DNA from: Elusimicrobiota bacterium | GTDB lineage: Bacteria; Elusimicrobiota; Elusimicrobia; UBA1565 | NCBI GenBank assembly: GCA_043819795.1 | Contig: JBDREN010000005.1 | Span: forward strand, 1 to 16,900 | Length of the DNA: 16,900 nt | Reading direction: 5' to 3' | Part shown: in pieces, positions 1 to 7,396 of the stretch | Layout: every line of letters starts with the position of its first letter | Numbering within the stretch: the stretch's first letter is position 1 | The notes under the pieces: generated by a model | What the model saw: the letters and a program-made list of their open reading frames with translations, nothing else | The model's database searches: none | What the model was told of the DNA's origin: nothing | Program-made: the position numbers and the translations under genes

Positions 1-81
1 GACATGTGCGGCGCGCTCAACGGGATGGAGATCTGCTTCCCAGGGACTGAACTGCGGCTGCGGTTCGGGGTGGCCTCATGA
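1..81 (+). CDS. 3' end of a gene running in from upstream, probably a putative transposase C-terminus (DMCGALNGMEICFPGTELRLRFGVAS*)
   Basis: Frame 1 is open from base 1 to TGA at 79-81. The LN...FPGT.LRL.F motif resembles the C-terminus of a family of large putative transposases (recalled, not searched). GTCAGTAGGTCTG at 124-136 could be its terminal inverted repeat. Confidence 0.4.
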   Translation, partial: DMCGALNGMEICFPGTELRLRFGVAS

Positions 82-321
82 GGCCGGAAACGCCGAAAAG
101 CGGACAAAAGATCCCGGGCCTATGTCAGTAGGTCTGGAATCTCGACAGCCGTTCCGGCCCTCCCACCGGATCGCGGGGCCTCGCGGCCAGGAAGGCGCAC
201 GCACATCCCTCAGTGAGAGGGGCGCAGGCCGAAGTCAATCCGGCCGGAAGCGCCTGACCGGCGCACCACCCCCACGTTCCCGCCGAGCAGGTCTGGGTCC
301 CGGCCTGGCAGATGCCCCGGC

Positions 322-783
322 GTGTTGCTCATAGAGTGGCCAAAGGGGGAGGCGGAGCCGACGAAATACTGGCTGTCGACGCTGCCCGCCGACATGAGTC
401 GCAAAGAATTGGTGAAGACGGCCAAGATGCGCTGGCGCATCGAGCGGGATTATCAGGAGCTTAAACAGGAACTCGGCTTAGGCCACTATGAGGGACGCGG
501 CTGGCGCGGCTTCCACCATCACGCGACCTTGACCATTGCGGCCTACGAGTTCCTGGCGGCGCAGCGTTTGTCGTCCGGCGGCGTCAAAAAAAACGTTGCT
601 CGACCAAAGGCGCCTGCCCTACCCGAGGATTACACGCCGCGCGGTGGCGGGGCGGACACAGCGCCACGTTCCCGACTCAATTGCGACCTTGCGCTATCTG
701 ATCGCCCGCAGGATCGCGCGCGAGCTGCCTCGCTGTCCCGGCTGCGGGTTGAGGGCATCCCGTTTATGACACAGCAGCACTAG
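322..783 (+). pseudogene. IS701-family transposase, 5'-truncated C-terminal fragment
   Basis: LLIEWPKGEAEPTKYWLSTLP...RWRIERDYQELKQELGLGHYEGRGWRGFHHHATL is typical of IS701-family DDE transposases. In-frame sequence upstream of 322 shows no transposase similarity. Confidence 0.9.
764..783 (+). mobile_element. Right end (TIR plus CTAG target) of the IS701-family remnant
   Basis: TTATGACACAGCAGCACTAG ends in CTAG (780-783), a tetranucleotide target seen for many IS701 members. The matching left end is absent. Confidence 0.6.
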
Positions 784-801
784 AAGCCGCGAAGTCCGGC
801 G

Positions 802-1332
802 TCATTTCCCCCGCTGCTGTCCCCGGAACGCGAGCACGCCGTGCGTCTGCGGGGCGTACACGCCGCCGAACGGCTCGTTGGCGACCAGATACTGGGGGGC
901 CGCCTTCAAGGGGGACATGGAGAACACCCGCCAAATGCGCACGATGTTGTAGGTGTCCCCGTTGGCGACCGGCCTGGTCGTGCCGGGAGAGTTGAACGGA
1001 TGTTCCCCGGCGACCTTCTCATGGAAGGATCCATTGCCTGAACCATCGGTGGTGAACTGCGCCACCACCCACCAGCTCCAAGCGCCTCCCTTCCCGAGCG
1101 TCACGTAGTAGGTCTTTTGAGGCTCGAGGTTCCAAACCTCTCCGTCGACGATCCATTCGCCCGCTCCCTTGGCGTAGTTGATGACCGCCTGCCCGCCCGC
1201 CGGCGAGCCGCCGCCCGCGATGACGAGCTCGGCGCCTGCGTTCGAGTACTTGGAGCCCGCATAAACCGTACCGCCGGACAACATGGCCGCCGCCAGCCCA
1301 ACCGCCGCCAACGTCACGCTGAACTTGTTCAT
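802..1332 (-). CDS. Secreted hypothetical protein, 176 aa, beta-rich, Gly/Trp-rich
   Basis: ATG at 1332 with AGGAG RBS at 1343-1347. Signal peptide MNKFSVTLAAVGLAAAMLSGGTVYA. The ORF track's 5' extension to 1698 looks non-coding. Confidence 0.8.
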   Translation of the reverse strand: MNKFSVTLAAVGLAAAMLSGGTVYAGSKYSNAGAELVIAGGGSPAGGQAVINYAKGAGEWIVDGEVWNLEPQKTYYVTLGKGGAWSWWVVAQFTTDGSGNGSFHEKVAGEHPFNSPGTTRPVANGDTYNIVRIWRVFSMSPLKAAPQYLVANEPFGGVYAPQTHGVLAFRGQQRGK

Positions 1333-1990
1333 TGTCTGAATACTCCTTGATCGATCGCGCATCTTGCGTCTCCAGAACATGCGAAACGCACTTAGAGAAT
1401 CATTTAGCCATATGCTCATGCCGGATGTCAATGATGCCCGGGCGCGCCGAAGATTTGTAGGTAGGGGAGCTGGCCCCATACCTCTCGGCGGGGACTCGGT
1501 CGCCTGAGCGGGCGCCGCTCGGGTCTCGGCGCGCTGCATGCGTATGCGCGCCTCCGACACGCCCCGCCGAGAGGCCCGGAACTGGGATTGGAAGACGGTG
1601 TTTGATGCGGCGGCCCCGCAGGTGGGGGATGTGGCCCGACGCGAGCATAACGCCGACCAGACCCCCCAGTGGATGGGCAAGCCCTGACATGACGTCACCG
1701 GGCCTGAGGTCCCGTGGCGCGGCTACCCACGCTCAAGCAGTTGCCGGAGCGTCCCGGGAGGGGGCTGGCCGGGCCTGAGTTCTCCTGGCGCGGCCGGCCA
1801 CGCCCAAGCGGCGGCCAGAGCGCCCAAACGGGCTCCGAAATTTGTGCCATTTTTGTGGTGCAGCCTCACTCAGTCGTCGTTGCTAGTCGGATGGAAGTTC
1901 CGATGATGGTAGATTGCCTGTTCGGCCGTCAAGCCTGGTCTCCACCCGTGGGGAGCGATCCCGACGGCCAAAAGCGTTATGGGATTGGTG

Positions 1991-2076
1991 CGAGGGTTCG
2001 ATCATGAGCCCGGCAGGGCTCAGGCCCCCGGCCTTCTTGGGAATGGCGTTAAGGCTGGGGGCCTTCGCCCGCTCCA
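1991..2076 (+). pseudogene. tRNA-Gly 3' fragment (T-arm plus acceptor 3' strand, CCA) interrupted by a 59-nt double-hairpin insert; att-like site
   Basis: CGAGGGTTCGAT (1991-2002) and CCTTCGCCCGCTCCA (2062-2076) are identical to 6951-6962 and 6965-6979. No tRNA 5' half lies upstream. Confidence 0.75.
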
Positions 2077-2105
2077 TTTTTCGATATTCCCCACGCATCA
2101 AGCTT

Positions 2106-2233
2106 GAATACTCGACGGAGGATTCAACTCTTCGGGAAAATATAGACGCAGCTTTTCCGCCTCATCCCTCGACGGAGGGACCGCCGCTTCACGGGAAAAG
2201 TCGACAAAAAGTCGACACCCCTTCCCGCCCTGG
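2106..2233 (+). repeat. Repeat A copy 1 (post-tRNA arm, with hairpin and GTCGACA-AAAA-GTCGACA)
   Basis: 2106-2217 aligns ungapped to 7012-7123 at 96/112 identities by hand count. Similarity continues to TTCCCGCCCTGG. It starts about 30 nt after the CCA in both copies. Confidence 0.95.
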
Positions 2234-2319
2234 ATCCGCCTGCGTCCGGAACTCCGGTCTTAAACAGCACGAGCGCGCTGAAGGTACCGTCTTCGCGGCC
2301 AAGTCACCCTGCGCGGGTC

Positions 2320-2493
2320 CTTCAGGCAGGCGAGCGTCTCGGCGACGTTGGCGACGATGGAGTCCGAGTCGTCTATGGCGCAGATGCTCGTCTTGTAGGG
2401 CAGGACGATCGCCTTCGGCACGCCTGCGGGCAATTCCACGCCGCTGTTGAAGGCCCCGTTGGCCGAGGGGCTCGTCTCGTGGCCCATGTTCAC
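2320..2493 (-). pseudogene. Probable internal fragment of a decayed protein-coding gene, product unknown
   Basis: GAFNSGVELPAGVPKAIVLPYKTSICAIDDSDSIVANVAETLACLKD is protein-like with GC-rich third positions, but has no convincing RBS and deteriorates at both ends. Confidence 0.4.
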
Positions 2494-2576
2494 GGACAGG
2501 CGAATCGCGCCGAAGACATCCCTCGGTTGTCCGCATTACAAACAGCATTGTCCTACAATCACTTTTTCAATGTCAT

Positions 2577-2621
2577 TGTCAGCGCGCTGTCATTGACTTG
2601 TCAGCGGAAACCGGTTATAGA
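2577..2621 (+). promoter_or_regulatory. Repeat C copy 1: three TGTCA at 11-bp period overlapping a TTGACT -35-like box, upstream of the SBBP gene
   Basis: TGTCA at 2577, 2588 and 2599; TTGACT at 2593-2598, then 17 nt, then TATAGA at 2616-2621. The 19-mer 2588-2606 is identical to 5224-5242. Confidence 0.55.
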
Positions 2622-2769
2622 TAAAGATGGCGCCAGAAAGAGTCCGGCCGAGCGCTTGAGGGACGAGAAGGAAGAGTCTCCGGGTTCTTCAGGCAACGCC
2701 GGTCAGCTGGGTTCCCGGAGCCGCGGCGACGCAAGGCGCGGTTGTCACAGGCCTGACGGAGGGGTGAAG

Positions 2770-4479
2770 ATGAAGAAACTGATGGCGATATGCCTTCTGT
2801 TGACGGGAGCCTTTCTCGTATGCGCCTCGTTCGCCTCTGCCGTGACTGAGGAGTGGGTGGTGAGGTATGACGGCCCCGCAAGCTCGAGCGATCAGGCCGC
2901 CGCCATGGCCGTGGACGCCGCGGGAAACGTCTATGTGACGGGACGGAGCCGGGGCAACGGCACACAAGACGACTATGCCACGGCCAAGTATGACGCGGGC
3001 GGCAACGAGCTCTGGGTCTCGAGGTATGACGGCCCGTGGAACGCCGTCGACTGGGCCCTCGCCCTGGCCGTGGACGCCGCGGGAAACGTCTACGTGGCGG
3101 GGGAGAGCGACGGCAGCGGCTGGCCGGTGAAGGACAAGGGGCGGGACTATGCCACCGTGAAATATGACGCCGGCGGCAGCGAGCTCTGGGTGAGGAGGTA
3201 CAACGGCCCGTGGAGTTCCGTCGACTCGGCCGCCGCGATAGCCGTCGATGGTTCGGGCAACGTCTACATAACAGGCAGGAGCGTCGGCTACAACACGCAT
3301 CTGGACTACGCGACGATAAAGTACGACACGGACGGCAACGCGCTTTGGGTGGCGAGGTACGATAACCAGGGGAAATTCCTGGTGGACGCGGCCCGCGCCA
3401 TAGCCGTGGACGCCTCGGGCAACGTCTATGTCGCGGGAAAAAGCCAGGGCGACGGCACGGGCTTCGACTACGCCACGGTGAAGTATGACGCGAACGGCAA
3501 CGAGCTCTGGACGGCAAGGTACAACGGCCCCGGCAATTCTGATGACAACCTCCATGCTTTGGCCGTGGACGCCTCGGGGAACGTCTACGTGACAGGATCG
3601 AGCCCGGGTAGCGGCACGGGGAGCGACTGCGCCACGGTGAAGTATGACGCGAGCGGCGGCGAGGTATGGGTGAGACGGTACAATGGCCCGGCGAATGGGA
3701 CCGATTACGGCCATGCCATGGTCCTGGACGCTTCCGGCAACATCTACGTGGCGGGATCGAGCGACGGCGTCGGCACGCGCAGGGACTATCTCACGATCAA
3801 GTATGGTCCGGACGGCGATGAGTTGTGGGCGGCGACGTACGACGGTCCCTGGAACGACGGGGACAAGGCCTTCGCCATAGCCCTGGACGCCTTGGCGAAC
3901 GTCTACGTGACGGGTGGAGCCAGCGGCGGCCCCACGTACCTCGACTATGCGACGCTGAAGTACGATGCCGACGGCAACGAGCTCTGGGTGGCGAGCTATG
4001 ACGGCCCGGTGAGCGGGAGTGACGTCACCGTCGCCGTGGCCTTAGACTCGTTGGGCAACGTCTATGTCACGGGCGAGAGCGCGGGCGGCGGCACGGGCCA
4101 GGACTACGCCACGATAAAGTACTCCCAGCCCCTGCCGGCGACCGTGGACATCGCTCCCGGCGCCATAAACCTCCGGAGCAGGGGGAAATACCTAACCTGC
4201 CACATCGAGCTGCCCGCCGGTGGAGACATCAACGATATCGACGTCGCCTCCGTGGCGATAACGAAGGACGGAGCCTCGGTGCCCGCCGAGCCCTCCCCGA
4301 CGGAAGTGGGCGATTTCGATTCGGACGGCGTCGCGGATCTGATGGTCAAGTTCGATAGACGCTCCGTCCATCAGATGCTGTCCGCCGGCCACGCGCAGCT
4401 CGCGGTGAGCGGCTCTCTCGCTGGCGGTCCCGTTTTCGTGGGAGCCGCGACCGTGAACGTCATCGCGCCCGGGAGATGA
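2770..4479 (+). CDS. Secreted SBBP-repeat beta-propeller protein (8 repeats) with a C-terminal beta domain containing a DxDxDG motif, 569 aa
   Basis: ATG at 2770 with GGAGGGGTG RBS. Signal peptide MKKLMAICLLLTGAFLVCASFASA. Eight W.RY(D/N)GP...AVD.GNVYV.G...DY.T.KY repeats. C-terminal GDFDSDGVADLMVKFDR. Confidence 0.92.
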   Translation: MKKLMAICLLLTGAFLVCASFASAVTEEWVVRYDGPASSSDQAAAMAVDAAGNVYVTGRSRGNGTQDDYATAKYDAGGNELWVSRYDGPWNAVDWALALAVDAAGNVYVAGESDGSGWPVKDKGRDYATVKYDAGGSELWVRRYNGPWSSVDSAAAIAVDGSGNVYITGRSVGYNTHLDYATIKYDTDGNALWVARYDNQGKFLVDAARAIAVDASGNVYVAGKSQGDGTGFDYATVKYDANGNELWTARYNGPGNSDDNLHALAVDASGNVYVTGSSPGSGTGSDCATVKYDASGGEVWVRRYNGPANGTDYGHAMVLDASGNIYVAGSSDGVGTRRDYLTIKYGPDGDELWAATYDGPWNDGDKAFAIALDALANVYVTGGASGGPTYLDYATLKYDADGNELWVASYDGPVSGSDVTVAVALDSLGNVYVTGESAGGGTGQDYATIKYSQPLPATVDIAPGAINLRSRGKYLTCHIELPAGGDINDIDVASVAITKDGASVPAEPSPTEVGDFDSDGVADLMVKFDRRSVHQMLSAGHAQLAVSGSLAGGPVFVGAATVNVIAPGR

Positions 4480-4650
4480 TCGGGCGCGCTTCCTCCGGAT
4501 GGGAGGGTGCATTAGGCGAGCTCGGTCCCTTCGCGAAAAGCCCGCGCAGGTCCTCCACGCGACCGCGTATTTCTACGGTCCTTCACCTTGACACGTCGGT
4601 AGCCGTGAGCGCCCGTCCGCTGTTGCGCGAACGCCACGAGGCGCTCTCGT

Positions 4651-4740
4651 TCATGCCGCGGACGGTGTCGAACGCGAGGCCGGAAACGCAGGATATCATG
4701 GCCGCAACTTGACAGAAAGTCGACACCCCCTTTCAGCCCC
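4651..4740 (+). repeat. Repeat B copy 1 (pre-tRNA arm) joined to a repeat-A-like tail
   Basis: 4651-4725 aligns ungapped to 6761-6835 at 65/75 identities by hand count. It is followed by CCCCCTTTCAGCCC, resembling the A tail CCCCTTCCCGCCC. Confidence 0.9.
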
Positions 4741-4806
4741 GCCACCGGCCGCCATGCGGGACTTCCAGCCGCCTGGTTCGTACACAGCGGCAATGGCGCG
4801 GACTCC

Positions 4807-5120
4807 TCAACCGCAGCGGGGACTCAACTTGTGGCCGCTCTCGCGCCTCCTGATCGTGGCCGCCGCGCTGTCCCTCCGGGCGTACTTGGCATTCGGCTCG
4901 CGGATTCTGCGTACGCGGTTCTTCCCCACGTGCAGGGTGCGCACGATGTGCTTCACCGCCGCCCCCGCCCTCAGTTGCTCCACGATCTTCCTGTCCATCA
5001 GCCTTCTCCCCGTTAGTCGTCCCATCGATGCCCCCTCATGCTCGCGAGGCTATGTGGGAATCAAACCCTCAAAAGGAGGTCCAAGTATCTGGGACGGAAC
5101 AGCCGCACTGTCTCCTGACA
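4807..5120 (-). mobile_element. IS21-like remnant: left end plus truncated N-terminal HTH of a transposase (ORF 5025 to 4807)
   Basis: MDRKIVEQLRAGAAVKHIVRTLHVGKNRVRRIRE is an HTH resembling IstA N-termini, with GAGGGG RBS. Minus-strand TGTCAGGAGACAGTGCGGCTGTTCC from 5120 resembles IS21-family TG-initiated ends. No DDE domain or istB is present. Confidence 0.5.
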
Positions 5121-5212
5121 CGAGTTGACCCGGACTCTACCGCGCCGCGGGCTATCCGGGGACCTGACTATTTTTTGTTGTGCATATTTTTTCATGCTCT
5201 TCAGTATTCGTT

Positions 5213-5265
5213 TGTCAATGGGTTGTCATTGACTTGTCAGCGAAATCCTAGTACCTAATATTAGG
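5213..5265 (+). promoter_or_regulatory. Repeat C copy 2: three TGTCA at 11-bp period plus TTGACT, followed by palindrome CCTAATATTAGG
   Basis: TGTCA at 5213, 5224 and 5235; palindrome at 5254-5265. A downstream GGAGG plus ATG at 5278 opens only a 12-codon frame. Confidence 0.5.
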
Positions 5266-5408
5266 GGAGGGGCGGCAATGATTACTGCGGGCTGGTCGGT
5301 AATATGCGCAGGCTGAAGAATGTGTCGCTGTCCGCTCCCGCAGCCGACGATTCTGCGCGGAGAAGGTCGACTTTCGTTCGCTTGCGGATCCGGCGAGGCG
5401 CCCCCGTT

Positions 5409-6575
5409 TCAGGGACAGGGCAGGCCCTTCCGGATGATATCGCTCCAAGGGACCGCCTCGATCCCGCGCCCCAGCTTGAGCCTGCGCTCCCCACCGTACA
5501 CGAGGAACCCCCTGGAGAGCCTGAGGTCCTCCATGCAGCTCCTGAGCCCTGCCAGGCTTCTTTGATGGATCGAGCCGCCCAGCTTGATCTCAATGGGGAA
5601 CAGCTTGCCCCCGGTTGAGATCAGGAGATCAACCTCCGCCCCGGCCTGGGTGCGCCAGTAGAAGAAGCCTGGGTCGGGGGACTTCCTCAAGGTCGCCTGG
5701 ATGAGCTCCTCGATCACCAATCCCTCGAAAGAGGCGCCCCGTCCGGGCCAGGTCTCCAGCTCTCTGTCGTTCCTGAGCCCCGCCATGTGGTGCAGGATGC
5801 CGGAATCCCGGATATATATCTTCGGGCTCTTCACCAGGCGCTTGCGCACGTTCGCGAAGAACGGCGGAAGGCGCCGTATCATGAAAGCGCTTTCCAGGAT
5901 GTCCAGGTAGTGGCCGACCGAATGGTAATGCAGGTCCAGCGATCTCGCCAGGTCCGACATGTTGAGGACGTTCCCATGCACGTGGGCGAGCATCATCCAA
6001 AGCTTCCGTAGCCTCGGAGCCGGCACCCGGATCCCGAGCTGGGGCAGGTCCCTCTCCAGCAGCGCGGTCACGTACGAGCCCAGCCATTCCGATCTCTGAG
6101 CCGAGGACCGCAGCCGGGCCAGCGGCGGGTACCCTCCCCAGAACCACCTCAGGGCGGAGAGCTTCCGGCTCCCGCCCAGCTCCGACGGAAGGAACGGGGT
6201 GAGCTCCACGATCCCGATCCTCCCGGCCAGGGACTCGCCCGCCTGCCTGAAGAGGGCGGGACGGGCCGAGCCAGTGAGCACGAACCTGCCGGGCTTGCGC
6301 CGCCGGTCGATGGCGCCGCGCAGCACTGGGAAGAGCTCGGGCAGGCGCTGCGCCTCATCGATCGCGAGCCGCCCGGGATTGTCCCGCAGGAAGCCCTCCA
6401 GGTCCGAAGACAGCAGATCCCAGTCGGTCGGGCGCTCCAGGTCCAGATAGGTCCAGGACCTCAGCTCCCCGCGGACCAGCGTGGTCTTCCCGCATTGGCG
6501 CGGCCCCACGATCAGCACCGCGGGGAAGGTCTTGAGATGGAGCCGGACCTTGTCCATGGCCGCTCGCCGGATCAT
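5409..6575 (-). CDS. AAA+ ATPase (AAA_14-type) with wHTH and C-terminal DUF4143 / PD-(D/E)xK-like domain, 388 aa
   Basis: Walker A GPRQCGKT, Walker B LAIDEAQ, FVLTGS, ESLAGR, GGYP, KSPKIYIRDSG, YWRT..GAEVDLL, PIEIK. Confidence 0.95.
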   Translation of the reverse strand: MIRRAAMDKVRLHLKTFPAVLIVGPRQCGKTTLVRGELRSWTYLDLERPTDWDLLSSDLEGFLRDNPGRLAIDEAQRLPELFPVLRGAIDRRRKPGRFVLTGSARPALFRQAGESLAGRIGIVELTPFLPSELGGSRKLSALRWFWGGYPPLARLRSSAQRSEWLGSYVTALLERDLPQLGIRVPAPRLRKLWMMLAHVHGNVLNMSDLARSLDLHYHSVGHYLDILESAFMIRRLPPFFANVRKRLVKSPKIYIRDSGILHHMAGLRNDRELETWPGRGASFEGLVIEELIQATLRKSPDPGFFYWRTQAGAEVDLLISTGGKLFPIEIKLGGSIHQRSLAGLRSCMEDLRLSRGFLVYGGERRLKLGRGIEAVPWSDIIRKGLPCP

Positions 6576-6581
6576 ATCCTA

Positions 6582-6610
6582 AGATTAGCAGACAATCTGC
6601 TATTTTTCAA
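6582..6610 (-). promoter_or_regulatory. Sigma70-type promoter of the ATPase (likely leaderless) with an overlapping palindromic operator
   Basis: Minus strand TTGAAA (6610-6605), 17 nt, TAATCT (6587-6582) with extended TGn; ATG starts after a further 6 nt. Perfect inverted repeat TAGCAGA-CAA-TCTGCTA at 6586-6602. Confidence 0.75.
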
Positions 6611-6760
6611 GCCCAAAAGGCGCATGCGCTCTGCCGTTATGGTCAATCGCAATAAATATGCCGTTTCGGCGATCCCATCCCGGTGCGCCCTGGGCCGTCG
6701 GACCAGGCCCAGGGGAAAGGGCGACGTGTCGGCGAAACCGGTTTTCAACAGTCCGAATGA

Positions 6761-6835
6761 TCATGCCGCGGACGGTGTCGAGCGCGAGGTTGGGAGCGCC
6801 GGATATCATGGCCACGACTCGACAAAAAGTCGACA
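6761..6835 (+). repeat. Repeat B copy 2 (pre-tRNA arm ending TCGACA-AAAA-GTCGACA)
   Basis: 65/75 identical to 4651-4725. It lies about 95 nt before the tRNA-Gly fragment's anticodon arm. Confidence 0.95.
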
Positions 6836-6920
6836 ATAATTCCCTGCCGGGCCCTCAGCTTTGCCGCTCATTTTGCTGAAATGTCCTGTCGTTTTCGGCA
6901 GAATTCCACGCCCAGCTGAG

Positions 6921-6979
6921 TGGTGGGACGCAAGCTTCCCAAGCTTTAGACGAGGGTTCGATTCCCTTCGCCCGCTCCA
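6921..6979 (+). pseudogene. tRNA-Gly(CCC) 3' fragment / pseudo-tRNA; att-like core
   Basis: Anticodon arm AAGC-TTCCCAA-GCTT, T-arm GAGGG-TTCGATT-CCCTT and 3' acceptor CGCCCGC-T-CCA are present. The expected 5' acceptor strand GCGGGCG is replaced by CCACGCC (6906-6912), which cannot pair. Confidence 0.85.
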
Positions 6980-7011
6980 GATTTCCCCGCTACTTCCTGC
7001 TCATTTTTCTC

Positions 7012-7150
7012 GAATCCTCGTCGGAGGAATCAAAGCTTCGGGAAATTATAGACGCGGCCTTTTCGCCGCATCCCTCGACGAAGGGGCCGCCCCTTCGGGA
7101 GAAAAGTCGACAAAAAGTCGACAGGATTTCGACACCCTTTCCCGCCCTGG
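7012..7150 (+). repeat. Repeat A copy 2 with three (G/T)TCGACA units at 11-bp period
   Basis: GTCGACA-AAAA-GTCGACA-GGAT-TTCGACA at 7106-7134; 96/112 identical to copy 1 over 7012-7123. Confidence 0.95.
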
Positions 7151-7242
7151 TTGCGCCTGTGCCAACTCAGGCCACGCGATACTTCAGGGTGGCGAAGTAT
7201 CTATTTGGATACGACGCTACCTATATGGGGAATAGAGAGAGC

Positions 7243-7375
7243 TTGTTGCGCCGACCGCCGGACTGGATATTCTCGGCTCCCGGCGACGTGGCTGTCCTCA
7301 GGGTCTTGAGGTGCACCGAGCAAGGCATGGGCGGCAGGGGAATCACCGGAGAGGCGGGATACACCCATCGAACGT
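7243..7375 (+). pseudogene. Degraded N-terminal wHTH fragment, resembling HTH-nucleotidyltransferase (MNT) proteins
   Basis: LRRPPDWIFSAPGDVAVLRVLRCTEQGMGGRGITGEAGYTHRT resembles the 'L..PLD.IF....VAVLR.L......SGREIAR.AG..H.T' N-terminus (recalled). Similarity stops before the TA promoter. Confidence 0.4.
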
Positions 7376-7396
7376 CCGTGATCCGCCCCCATGCCC

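Noticed and set aside
1156..1167. TTCGCCCGCTCC, a third match to the tRNA-Gly 3' end
   Set aside because: Only 12 nt, lies inside a CDS (encodes GAGE on the minus strand), and has no flanking A or B arms; probably chance.
2669..2742. Inverted repeats in the SBBP leader (CTCCGGG/CCCGGAG, CCGCG/CGCGG) as a riboswitch
   Set aside because: Short GC-rich stems with no recognisable aptamer consensus.
2479..2769. N-terminal extension of the SBBP ORF (likewise extensions 1333-1698 and 13994-14071)
   Set aside because: Downstream ATGs have an RBS and start clean signal peptides; the extensions overlap regulatory or non-coding sequence.
2830..4125. Periodic DNA repeats suggesting a CRISPR array or DGR template/variable repeats
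   Set aside because: They are in-frame protein repeats of the beta-propeller with synonymous divergence; no cas or reverse transcriptase gene and no adenine-specific mismatch pattern was seen.
6897..6945. Resemblance to c-di-GMP-I riboswitch (GGCA...GTGGGACGCAAGC)
   Set aside because: No GNRA tetraloop/receptor or P1/P3 stems; the 3' part is explained by the tRNA anticodon arm.
6906..6979. Functional tRNA-Gly(CCC) gene
   Set aside because: The 5' acceptor strand CCACGCC cannot pair with CGCCCGC and the D-stem is broken; treated as an att fragment.
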